DNA from: an uncultured Candidatus Saccharibacteria bacterium
Lineage (GTDB): Bacteria > Patescibacteriota > Minisyncoccia > Phycocordibacterales > CAIZLB01
DNA length: 42,011 nucleotides
Direction: 5' to 3'
Assembly: GCA_964550955.1 (NCBI GenBank)
Contig: CAZKAF010000001.1
Location: 459,920 to 501,930 of the forward strand
In this document: one piece after another, positions 10,260 to 18,544 of the stretch
Layout: every line of letters begins with the position of its first letter
Position numbering within the stretch: the first letter of the stretch is position 1
Notes under the pieces: generated by a model
Told to the model about the DNA's origin: nothing
Databases searched by the model: none
The model's input: the letters and a program-made list of their open reading frames with translations, nothing else
Translations under genes and position numbers: made by a program

Positions 10260-11000
10260 TTATCTTCCCAGGCAGCTTCTCAGCGCCGCGGTTTCCGTCC
10301 AGCCGCAAAGGCCGGTAGCTTGGCGCTCGCATTTTGCAGCCTGATAGCATGCGTATTCTTCCCGATATTCGCACGTGGACATCGCGTCCGGCTGGCCGGA
10401 ACAGATTTGGCTCGAGCAGCCTCCGACATAGCAAGGGCCTGTCGGCGACTCCTTTGAAACAGGAGAGGGCGGCATTGCGGGCGCCGTCGAAGGCGCGGAA
10501 GGCGCGGAAGGCGCGGCCGGTTCTGCCTGAGGCGGAGGCACCGGCAAAGCCGGCACGGGCTGGCCGTTAACAGTCACGCTATCGGTAACTGAAAAGATGC
10601 CTTCGATGTCATATCCCCTCCATCGATTCGAACTGAGCCTCTCGACTGGCGTGACAACGCCCGAAGCGGTGAAAGTCGTCCCGTTCGGCATGGGCTCGAT
10701 CATCTGAGACATCAGATTGAAATCGAGCGCATAGTGCTCGCCCGAAAGCGTCCTGATGCCGAATGCGCATTCGTCCGTATTCGGGCTGAAAAGATCCGCA
10801 TGCGGCAAGCAAACCTGTTCCCCGGTAAGAGTCGCGCGATACGGCTCAAAAGTATCCTGTCTCCAATTGAAAACGGACCCGTCCTGCTTCTGATCATATA
10901 TGTAAGAATTGAGCGCGAAGAAGCAGCAGACCGCGGCAACCAGCGCGACCAGGACGGCAATGGCAAGCGTCTTCCGCGTGAAATATTTTTTAAGATTCAT
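10260..11000 (-). CDS. membrane-anchored protein with Pro-rich linker and C-terminal eight-cysteine domain
   Basis: N-terminal TM (LAIAVLVALVAAVCCFFAL). Linker PVPPPQAEPAAPSAPSAPSTAPAMPPSP. The last ~55 aa contain exactly 8 Cys: CYVGGCSSQICSG...STCEY...YACYQAAKCE...GLCGW...RSC. Confidence 0.7.
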   Translation of the reverse strand: MNLKKYFTRKTLAIAVLVALVAAVCCFFALNSYIYDQKQDGSVFNWRQDTFEPYRATLTGEQVCLPHADLFSPNTDECAFGIRTLSGEHYALDFNLMSQMIEPMPNGTTFTASGVVTPVERLSSNRWRGYDIEGIFSVTDSVTVNGQPVPALPVPPPQAEPAAPSAPSAPSTAPAMPPSPVSKESPTGPCYVGGCSSQICSGQPDAMSTCEYREEYACYQAAKCERQATGLCGWTETAALRSCLGR

Positions 11001-11026
11001 GCTCGTAAGTATATCAAAGTTTCGCC

Positions 11027-11956
11027 CTATTCCCCCTTTTGCGGTTCCCCCAGATCCCCCCTATACGCTCTCTCGATTGCCGCGATATCGAACTTTTTCA
11101 TCTGAAGAAATGCCTGCGTGACGCGCGCGACTTTTTCCGCGTCGCCGCTTCGCATCATTTCATCCAGGACAGTCGGATTGATCTGCCATGAAACGCCGTA
11201 CTTATCCTTCAGCCAGCCGCATTGCTCCGCTTCAGGCACGGCAGACAGCGCATTCCAGAAGTAATCGATTTCTTCCTGCGTATCGCAATTGACCAAAAGA
11301 GAAACGGCTTCGTTGAATTGGAAGTCATGCTCGTCGGCACCGTCCATGGCCACGAACCACTGGCCGTTCAGCTTGAAGTCCGTAAACATGACAGCCTCGG
11401 GACCGTTCGGTTCCTGACCTTCGCCGTATCGCGCGATGACGCCGCGCTTCGCATCCTTGAAAAGCGACATGTAAAAGTCCGTCGCCTCTTCGGCCTTGCC
11501 GTAATTTTTCCCTACGAACATCAGGGACGGCATCATCAGCGGCCGCTCCTCGCCTTCCGGCTTCGTATATATCAGCTGCCATGACACTCCGTACTTGTCC
11601 TCTGCCCAGCCGTACCGCTCGCTGAACGGATACGAGCCGATCGGCATGAGGGCTTTTCCTCCCTCGACGAGCTTCGCCCAGATTTCATCGATTCTCGTTC
11701 GCGCGTCAGGGTCCTGCGACGGATCGAAATTGACCATGAAGGAGATGGACGGATTAAGCTTGAAATACGGGCCGGCGCTGATCGACATGAGCGAGTACCC
11801 CATGACATCGAAAGAGACGACGTCGCAGTCGCCCGACGGAGTATCGCGCAAGACCGTCGCGCTCGTAATCTTGGAATCGGGAAAAACTGACGCGTAAAAC
11901 TCTGCAACCTCTTTTGCCTCCTTGTCGAACCACAGATGCGGTATTATTTTTTGCAT
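11027..11956 (-). CDS. two-domain VOC / PhnB-like (3-demethylubiquinone-9 3-methyltransferase domain) protein
   Basis: IPHLWFDKEAKEVAEFYASVFPDS..., ...YGWAEDKYGVSWQL and a second repeat ending ...CGWLKDKYGVSWQI. These are hallmarks of PF06983-type proteins. Confidence 0.85.
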   Translation of the reverse strand: MQKIIPHLWFDKEAKEVAEFYASVFPDSKITSATVLRDTPSGDCDVVSFDVMGYSLMSISAGPYFKLNPSISFMVNFDPSQDPDARTRIDEIWAKLVEGGKALMPIGSYPFSERYGWAEDKYGVSWQLIYTKPEGEERPLMMPSLMFVGKNYGKAEEATDFYMSLFKDAKRGVIARYGEGQEPNGPEAVMFTDFKLNGQWFVAMDGADEHDFQFNEAVSLLVNCDTQEEIDYFWNALSAVPEAEQCGWLKDKYGVSWQINPTVLDEMMRSGDAEKVARVTQAFLQMKKFDIAAIERAYRGDLGEPQKGE

Positions 11957-11982
11957 ATTTTTTCTTATCGTTATTGCCTGTT

Positions 11983-12456
11983 TTATTTTAAAATCTCGGC
12001 AAGCTTGTCCAATGACTCGTTCCAGCCGGCCTTGGCAGGCTCAGCCATCTCGGCCGGATGCCCTTCGTGAAGCAGCGTGACTTTCGTCTTGCCGCCAACG
12101 TCTTCGAATGTCGTCGTCACCTGCATCTCTTCCGGCCACTCTCCCGGCATGCCGATATCGCTCGCGGAAATCTTCCGACCCTCCTCGTCCGTGAAATAAT
12201 CCGTCGTGACGATTTTCTGCATCGGGACGATTTCCTTGTATGCGCCTCCGGACCAGGTGTCCATGAGAGGCTCGCCCGGAGCCATGGAACCCCTCATGCA
12301 ATACAGCGAGGTTCCGCCGACCCTGAAGTCGGATTTTACGACCGGAGTAGTCCAATCCTTCGGACCGAACCATTTCATGATCTGTTCCGGCGCCGTCCAA
12401 GCCTGCCAGACTTTCTCCACAGGCGCATCAAAAATCCGTTCTATTTTTATGTCCAT
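11983..12456 (-). CDS. SRPBCC (AHSA1-like) domain protein
   Basis: MDIKIERIFDAPVEKVWQAWTAPEQIMKWFGPKDW... It is a paralogue-type of ORF 9744-10205. Confidence 0.85.
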   Translation of the reverse strand: MDIKIERIFDAPVEKVWQAWTAPEQIMKWFGPKDWTTPVVKSDFRVGGTSLYCMRGSMAPGEPLMDTWSGGAYKEIVPMQKIVTTDYFTDEEGRKISASDIGMPGEWPEEMQVTTTFEDVGGKTKVTLLHEGHPAEMAEPAKAGWNESLDKLAEILK

Positions 12457-12739
12457 TTTATTTTTTATTTAAACGGCGCGCGTGTCGCGGAGCGCTCATG
12501 GCGCCTGACGCATGCCCTAATGCCTAGATTATACTCTCATATTGGCGACAAGAGAATCCTTTTGCAGGCGCATGCATCCGCTCAAAACGCGGAGGTTTCG
12601 CATGTCCGCCGCGTTTCCCCGCATGTCTTGATTTTTGCTTCTTTTTAGGGCAATATGGAGGCATCTGTGGTTATTCCACGGATTCATGTTCCGTCATGCA
12701 TGGCGTTATCTGCCCACATCGCGCGAACATACATACCAT

Positions 12740-12810
12740 TGCCAGTTCGTCTAATGGTAGGACACATCCCTCTGGAGGATGTTATTGGGGTTCGAGTCCC
12801 TGACTGGCAG
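12740..12810 (+). tRNA. tRNA-Gln: tRNA-Gln (anticodon CUG)
   Basis: Hand-folded cloverleaf. Acceptor TGCCAGT/ACTGGCA with U1:A72 and discriminator G. D-arm GTCT/GGAC. Anticodon stem CATCC/GGATG with loop CT-CTG-GA. T-arm TGGGG-TTCGAGT-CCCTG. No encoded CCA. Confidence 0.9.
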
Positions 12811-12812
12811 CA
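12793..12812. repeat. attL-type direct repeat (3' end of tRNA-Gln)
   Basis: CGAGTCCCTGACTGGCAGCA is repeated perfectly (20/20) at 19700-19719. The flanking bases differ on both sides. Confidence 0.8.
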
Positions 12813-12823
12813 CTCATAAAAAT

Positions 12824-12849
12824 CGTACCCGTAGACCTAGACGGGTCAG
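12824..12849. repeat. imperfect-palindrome repeat, copy 1
   Basis: CGTACCCGTAGACCTAGACGGGTCAG. The 16-bp core GACCTAGACGGGTCAG (12834-12849) recurs exactly at 19412-19427. The arms ACCCGT/ACGGGT are self-complementary. Confidence 0.6.
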
Positions 12850-12886
12850 ATTACGAGAAAGATTTAAGTAGAGTTATAATTACATT

Positions 12887-13702
12887 ATGAAAACGCTAGT
12901 CATAATAAATGGAGTTACCGGAGCCATCGGGACAGCGTGTCTCGCTCGTTTTAGCCGTGAACATAACGTCACCATTTACGGTCTCTCAAGAAAGGCCGAT
13001 CCAGTGTCTACGTTTAGTAAGGATGGACATCTTCCAGACAATAGTCTTATTTGTTCAATTGGAGATATTACAGACAAAAATAATTGCCAGGCTTTTGTAG
13101 ATGCTATCGATCTATCTTTGTATGAAGAAATTGTCTATATACACGCGGTAGGTGTCTATCCATTTGAGATTGATGCTTCTGGAAATATCAAAGTTTCTCA
13201 CGATGATGACGGTGATGGAGTTGATGATAGGGTTGTCGAGCTTTCTTACAACGCTTTCTTTGCGATGACTGATGCACTGAAAGGTACAGACAAATCAACT
13301 AATGCTCTCATATTCGGCGGTATCGCCGACAAACATCATCCGGCAGTTCACAAATCTTGGTGGACTGTGATGGAGAAGGTTAAGGCCAATATGACTAAGA
13401 TTGCTTCAGAAGACAAAAATATTAATTTCTTCCTTCTCAATATCAGCTCTGTTATCTGCCCACATGAAATATTGACTCGACCTTTTGTTTTTCAAAATAC
13501 GAACGCAAATCCTCGTTTTTGGCTCATGCCACATGAAGTTGCTGAGGAAGTCGCAATGCTGACTCTTTCGGATTCACATAAAGGATTTGTTGAGCACGAT
13601 TTGTTCCACAAGGCTGATTACTATCAAGATGACTATTTTACTGAGAAGAAATTTACTGATCGTAAGAAAGCTGAACTTGGTATTGAAGACGCGGCAAAGT
13701 AA
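12887..13702 (+). CDS. atypical SDR-like Rossmann-fold NAD(P)-binding protein
   Basis: N-terminal VIINGVTGAIGTACLARF (TGxxGxxG). There is no canonical YxxxK. Acidic insert SHDDDGDGVDDRV. AT-rich island codon usage. Confidence 0.65.
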   Translation: MKTLVIINGVTGAIGTACLARFSREHNVTIYGLSRKADPVSTFSKDGHLPDNSLICSIGDITDKNNCQAFVDAIDLSLYEEIVYIHAVGVYPFEIDASGNIKVSHDDDGDGVDDRVVELSYNAFFAMTDALKGTDKSTNALIFGGIADKHHPAVHKSWWTVMEKVKANMTKIASEDKNINFFLLNISSVICPHEILTRPFVFQNTNANPRFWLMPHEVAEEVAMLTLSDSHKGFVEHDLFHKADYYQDDYFTEKKFTDRKKAELGIEDAAK

Positions 13703-13703
13703 T

Positions 13704-15029
13704 TCATTCAAGAACTACTCTCTTGTTGATGAGTATTAGCCGACTCGTAAACGATTGCATCAATTCTCGTTTCTCCTGAATCGCGCCTTTCTCAAGGATG
13801 TATTTCATGTAGCCTCTGATATCGAGTTTGTTCTGTCGAATCTTATCGTCCTCGGTCATTCCTAAAACCTTGCTTCTGAAATCTCCATAGCGTTCAATCT
13901 CTTTCTCTAGCTTGCCTTTGATGCCAACTTGGTTGATATCTATTCGGTCAATAATTTCAATAAGCTGAGAGACTAAGTCAGTTTCAGGGAGATAAGTGTT
14001 TTTACAGTTTTTATCGTGGAATTTGGTGCAACCGTAATAGATATATTTTCTGATCGAACCATCCGCCAAGTTTTTATACTTTTCTTCAGCTGTAATCCCT
14101 GATTTACACATTCCGCATTTCATGAGCTTGGTAAATGCGAATTCTTTGTCGCCTTTGCTTTCATGCGTATTCGTATCCAGTTTCTCCTGAACCTTTCTGA
14201 AAAGTTCCTGGCTTATGATCGGCTCGTGCTTTCCCGCATACCATTTGCCTGATTTGCGAGGGTACTCAATGAGTCCCATGTAGAAGTTGTTTCTAAGGAT
14301 TATGTAGATGTTGCTGATGGTCAGTGGCTTATTATTCTTTGTCGTAAATTTAACTTCATCTTTGAGCCATCGGAACATTTGTCGTCCACTGAATTTTTCA
14401 TATGCCGCTTTCTCGAACATCATTTTAATAATGTGTGATCGCAAGGGATCTACGACGACATGGCATTTCATCGTCCTATCTGGATGATTGAGGTATCCGG
14501 TAGGGGCCACTGAGGGCCATAGTCCCATCTCTACTCGGGACCTCAATCCTCGGGTGACGTTGATGCTCTTGTTGTCATTCTCGAGCTTTGCTTGCGAGCC
14601 GAGAATCATCAGGAGAAACTTCTCATTCGGGTTGTTGGTGAATCTTTGGCTATAAGTTTTTATTTCAATCAGTTTCTTTTGATCAAGAAGATCAACGAGT
14701 GCGCCGAGATCTCCGGCGTTACGACTGAGACGATCGGGATGCCATACGAGTAATCCGTTGAATTTTCCAATCCTGATATCGGCTATCAGTTGGTTAAAGA
14801 CTGGGCGTACGCCGCAATCTTTTGCTGAGTGTGCCTCGCGGTAAATTTCCTCGACATTGATAGCATTCTTGGTTGCCAGGTCCAACATTTCCTTAACTTG
14901 GGAATCAATTGACAGTGCTTGCTTTTCCTCTGCCTCGCTCGATTTTCGGGCATACAGGCAATACTTCATCACTGGTGGCGCTTCTGGGATTGCGGCGTTA
15001 TTTAGGTCTATTACGGCTTGGTTTTGCAT
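13704..15029 (-). CDS. large serine recombinase (resolvase N-domain + recombinase domain + zinc ribbon)
   Basis: YCLYARKSSEAEEKQALSIDSQ carries the catalytic Ser motif. The central recombinase domain is present. C-terminal Cys cluster CGMCKSG...YYGCTKFHDKNC. A coiled-coil tail follows. An alternative start is MKYCLY. Confidence 0.92.
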   Translation of the reverse strand: MQNQAVIDLNNAAIPEAPPVMKYCLYARKSSEAEEKQALSIDSQVKEMLDLATKNAINVEEIYREAHSAKDCGVRPVFNQLIADIRIGKFNGLLVWHPDRLSRNAGDLGALVDLLDQKKLIEIKTYSQRFTNNPNEKFLLMILGSQAKLENDNKSINVTRGLRSRVEMGLWPSVAPTGYLNHPDRTMKCHVVVDPLRSHIIKMMFEKAAYEKFSGRQMFRWLKDEVKFTTKNNKPLTISNIYIILRNNFYMGLIEYPRKSGKWYAGKHEPIISQELFRKVQEKLDTNTHESKGDKEFAFTKLMKCGMCKSGITAEEKYKNLADGSIRKYIYYGCTKFHDKNCKNTYLPETDLVSQLIEIIDRIDINQVGIKGKLEKEIERYGDFRSKVLGMTEDDKIRQNKLDIRGYMKYILEKGAIQEKRELMQSFTSRLILINKRVVLE

Positions 15030-15058
15030 ACAGACACGAACATACCGGACACGCTCAC

Positions 15059-15174
15059 GAAGTCTAGTGAATTCCGAGATACAGAGCAGAAAGATGGAGA
15101 AGTCTAGTTGGTAGGTCTAGAATCTTTGGTACAAATTAGTTATTTTGTCCCAAAGATATGTACTTCTGTCCCAA
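15059..15174. promoter_or_regulatory. divergent control region with phased direct repeats
   Basis: GAAGTCTAGT occurs at 15059-15068 and 15099-15108 (40-bp spacing), with AGGTCTAGA at 15113-15121. TGTCCCAA occurs at 15146-15153 and 15167-15174 (21-bp spacing), just upstream of ATG 15196. Confidence 0.35.
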
Positions 15175-16248
15175 GACTATGGTATCATTAGGTATATGAG
15201 GGAACAAATACGCAAAAAAAATATTCTAAATTTAATCAAATATCATGCAGATAAAAACGAAGGAGGCTTCAGAGCTGAAGCTTATGACATAGCTAGATAT
15301 TTTGATTCCATCGGTGACTCAGAATTGGCCCAGTATATTATGGCTCTTTTGTCGGGCACTAATACTTTTGTACCACAAGATAATGAATATGATCTACCTT
15401 TTTTCTCGAAAATTGACGTAATTAATGAGAGTCCTCTTCCTCTTCCTACATCGATTAAGAACGACATCATGGGTGTTATAAATTCCATCGGCCATAGGGT
15501 TGGGGTCAATAAATTTTTATTCGAAGGTGATCCAGGAACAGGCAAGACGGAGACAGTTAAACAGATCGCACGAATTCTTGAGCGGGAACTTTATGTAATT
15601 GATTTTGACGCTCTAATTGACAGTAAGCTTGGACAGACATCTAAAAATCTAGCCTCGGTTTTTGAAGAGTTAAGAAATTTGCCACAGCCTGATAAGGTCA
15701 TAATTTTATTTGATGAAATAGATGCCATTGCGCTGGATAGAATAAATTCTAACGATTTGCGTGAGATGGGTCGTGTCACATCCTCCATGCTTAAGGGTCT
15801 CGATGGTTTGAGTAGTAATGTTGTCCTAGTCGCTACAACTAATCTCTTCAAACAATTCGATAAAGCGTTACTTAGACGTTTTGATTCGGTTGTTAATTTC
15901 AACCGATACAGCAAAGATGAACTAATAGAAGTGGCCGAGTCTATATTGAATCGCTTTTTAAGTAAGTTCAAGTTTGCGGGACGCGACATGCGGCTCTTCA
16001 GGAAAATATTTATGACCACGGATCATATTCCATACCCAGGTGATTTGAAGAATCTTATTAAGACATCTCTCGCATTTAGTGATCCAGATAATGAATACGA
16101 TTATCTCAAAAAACTCTATGAGTCGCTTGATCCAAAGAACAACACAATTGGTTTAAAGACGCTACAGGATCGCGGCTTTACTGTTAGAGAAATAGAAATA
16201 CTAACAGGTATTTCAAAAAGTCAGGTTTCAAGGGAATTGAGTGAGTAA
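15145..16248 (+). CDS. AAA+ ATPase with C-terminal HTH-like tail (IetA-like by architecture)
   Basis: Walker A GDPGTGKT. Walker B IILFDEIDAI. VATTNLFKQFDKALLRRFD is a classic AAA core. The tail is GFTVREIEILTGISKSQVSRELSE. The track start 15145 is TTG. The in-frame ATG at 15196 (MREQIRKK...) is the more likely start. Confidence 0.9.
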   Translation: MSQRYVLLSQDYGIIRYMREQIRKKNILNLIKYHADKNEGGFRAEAYDIARYFDSIGDSELAQYIMALLSGTNTFVPQDNEYDLPFFSKIDVINESPLPLPTSIKNDIMGVINSIGHRVGVNKFLFEGDPGTGKTETVKQIARILERELYVIDFDALIDSKLGQTSKNLASVFEELRNLPQPDKVIILFDEIDAIALDRINSNDLREMGRVTSSMLKGLDGLSSNVVLVATTNLFKQFDKALLRRFDSVVNFNRYSKDELIEVAESILNRFLSKFKFAGRDMRLFRKIFMTTDHIPYPGDLKNLIKTSLAFSDPDNEYDYLKKLYESLDPKNNTIGLKTLQDRGFTVREIEILTGISKSQVSRELSE

Positions 16249-18493
16249 AACCATGAATGATATTCTTCTATTAAAAGGAACACTTCAAAGAAGGCCGCAC
16301 GAGAAAGCGGTCGTGATTCGTAATATGCCGAAGAATGCTCCGGCAGTGACCTCAGAAAAATTACTCTTTTTAATAAAACAACTTCAGGATTTAAAAAGTT
16401 ATTGGACGAGACAAAGTCTTATTAAAGGATGTTTGATTGATGTCTGTTATAAAGATGTTATTGCTAAAAGCAATAGAATTAGCGGTTTATTGTCTGGCGC
16501 AGGTTCTGTTAGTGATTCAGTAGTCGGTGCACGATTCGCCAAGGAAATGCATAAGCATATAATTACTCATTATATTGGGGAGAGTGTTGTCCAATCTACT
16601 ATTGAAAATTTGTACCACTGCATAAAGATTTTAGATTCTGAGTTTAGCGGTTCGATAACCCAAGTCGATCTTGAAAGTACAAAGATAAAAGAAATTAAGT
16701 ATGAGCAATGTGGAATTGGAAAGACTCGATTTCGAAACATGATTGTTGATGCTAACTACGTTGAGGGTTTTAAAATTCCAGATAACTCCGCAAACATTAG
16801 CAATAGGTCTATTATTACAATCTACAGAACAGATACAAAATTAGATGTTCTAATGAAGAGTATTGGTATAAACGTTCAGCCAGATTATGTTTTAAGTAAC
16901 ACAACACTACTCTTATATCCAGAGGAAATTAAACTTTTGGAACAAAAGGCTCCATATTTAATTGCTATGGCCACTGAAGATATATCGCAACTCAGTAGTG
17001 AAAATTTCACAAACAGTAAAAGTGATGGAGACACGATCACTATACCCGCACCAGCAAATGAACCCATTATAGGTGTAATCGATACTCTATTTGATGGAAA
17101 GAATGTTTATTTTTCTGAATGGGTAGACTTTAGAATGGCAATCGATTCTGAGATACCTGTTGGTCCTGAAGATTATGATCATGGTACAGCGGTGACTTCA
17201 CTTATTGTGGATGGACCCTCTTTTAATCCACATCTAGACGATGGGTGTGGGCGATTTAGAGTGCGCCATTTTGGTGTCACTACGCAGGGTAAGTATAGTG
17301 CATTCTCAATTATGAAAAAGGTGAACGAAATTGTTATTGCAAACCCTGATATCAAAGTTTGGAATCTGTCCTTGGGTTCTGACAGAGAAATTAATCTAAA
17401 TTTTATATCACCTGAGGCAGATATTTTAGATAGGATTCAATACGAGAATGATGTTATTTTTGTGGTGGCTGGTACCAATAAGCGTGACAATGACACAGCT
17501 ACTGAAAAACGAATCGGTTCGCCAGCAGACTCAATTAATTCCATAGTTGTTAATTCGGTAAATAGTTCAGGTGAGCCAGCATCGTATGCTAGAAAAGGGT
17601 TGGTTTTATCTTTCTTTAATAAACCCGATGTAAGTAGTTATGGGGGCGATACCAATGATTATATCAGGGTTTGTACGCCAACCGGTGAAGGGTGGCGTAC
17701 GGGAACGTCGTTTGCTGCACCATGGGTGACTCGAAAGGTTGCGTATTTGATTGAAATCTTAGGACTTAGTCGAGAAGTTGCAAAAGCAATGATTGTTGAT
17801 TCGGCTACTGGTTGGAGCAGTACCGCTAATGATAGTAAGTTGGCGCCCTTTGTGGGACATGGTGTGGTGCCAAAAAGAATTGAAGATGTGGTGCAAACAA
17901 ATGACGATGAAATTAAATTTATTTTTAGTGACGTGTCTGAAAACTGGGATACGTATACATATCACCTACCTGTCCCGATCCATAAAGGAGCACACCCTTT
18001 TATTGCAAAAGCAACTTTGTGCTATTTTCCGAGTTGCTCCATAAACCAAGGTGTGGACTACACTGATACCGAATTAGATGTCTATTTTGGAAGAATGAAA
18101 AATGGAAAGATTATAACAATAAATGAAAATAAACAGAGTAGTGACGATGGTGAGAAACATTATATGTACGAAGGAGAAGCGAGAAAACTTCACCGAAAAT
18201 GGGATAATGTTAAACATATCCGTAAGCCTCTTAAGGCAAAAGTAGGAGCTTTAAAAGTTTACGGTAATGATGGTTTGTGGGGGTTGAGCATTAAGTCAAA
18301 AGAGAGGTTAGGTAAACGTGGTGAGGGTATAAAATTTGGAATCGTTGTAACTCTAAAGGAAATCAAGGGGGTTAATAGAATAAATGATTTTATTCATCGA
18401 TGTGAGCTACGTGGTTGGCTAGTAAATCGTGTAAACGTAGGTAACAGGATTGATATTTTCAACAAGGCTCAGGAAAGCATAACCTTCGGCTAA
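16241..18493 (+). CDS. cytoplasmic subtilisin-like S8 serine protease with large unassigned N- and C-terminal regions (IetS-like by architecture)
   Basis: Catalytic triad motifs GVIDTLFD (Asp, 17081-17083), DHGTAVTS (His, 17180-17182) and GTSFAAPW (Ser, 17708-17710). No signal peptide. GTG 16241 overlaps the upstream stop. The alternative ATG 16253 lies 5 nt after it. Confidence 0.9.
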   Translation: MSKTMNDILLLKGTLQRRPHEKAVVIRNMPKNAPAVTSEKLLFLIKQLQDLKSYWTRQSLIKGCLIDVCYKDVIAKSNRISGLLSGAGSVSDSVVGARFAKEMHKHIITHYIGESVVQSTIENLYHCIKILDSEFSGSITQVDLESTKIKEIKYEQCGIGKTRFRNMIVDANYVEGFKIPDNSANISNRSIITIYRTDTKLDVLMKSIGINVQPDYVLSNTTLLLYPEEIKLLEQKAPYLIAMATEDISQLSSENFTNSKSDGDTITIPAPANEPIIGVIDTLFDGKNVYFSEWVDFRMAIDSEIPVGPEDYDHGTAVTSLIVDGPSFNPHLDDGCGRFRVRHFGVTTQGKYSAFSIMKKVNEIVIANPDIKVWNLSLGSDREINLNFISPEADILDRIQYENDVIFVVAGTNKRDNDTATEKRIGSPADSINSIVVNSVNSSGEPASYARKGLVLSFFNKPDVSSYGGDTNDYIRVCTPTGEGWRTGTSFAAPWVTRKVAYLIEILGLSREVAKAMIVDSATGWSSTANDSKLAPFVGHGVVPKRIEDVVQTNDDEIKFIFSDVSENWDTYTYHLPVPIHKGAHPFIAKATLCYFPSCSINQGVDYTDTELDVYFGRMKNGKIITINENKQSSDDGEKHYMYEGEARKLHRKWDNVKHIRKPLKAKVGALKVYGNDGLWGLSIKSKERLGKRGEGIKFGIVVTLKEIKGVNRINDFIHRCELRGWLVNRVNVGNRIDIFNKAQESITFG

Positions 18494-18544
18494 AAATATT
18501 AGAGGGGATAACCCGACTACACAAATCTAAAGAAGGAAGCTAAG

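Noticed and set aside
12058-12648. 196-aa + strand ORF
   Set aside because: It is mostly antisense to the SRPBCC gene at 11983-12456, with no motifs.
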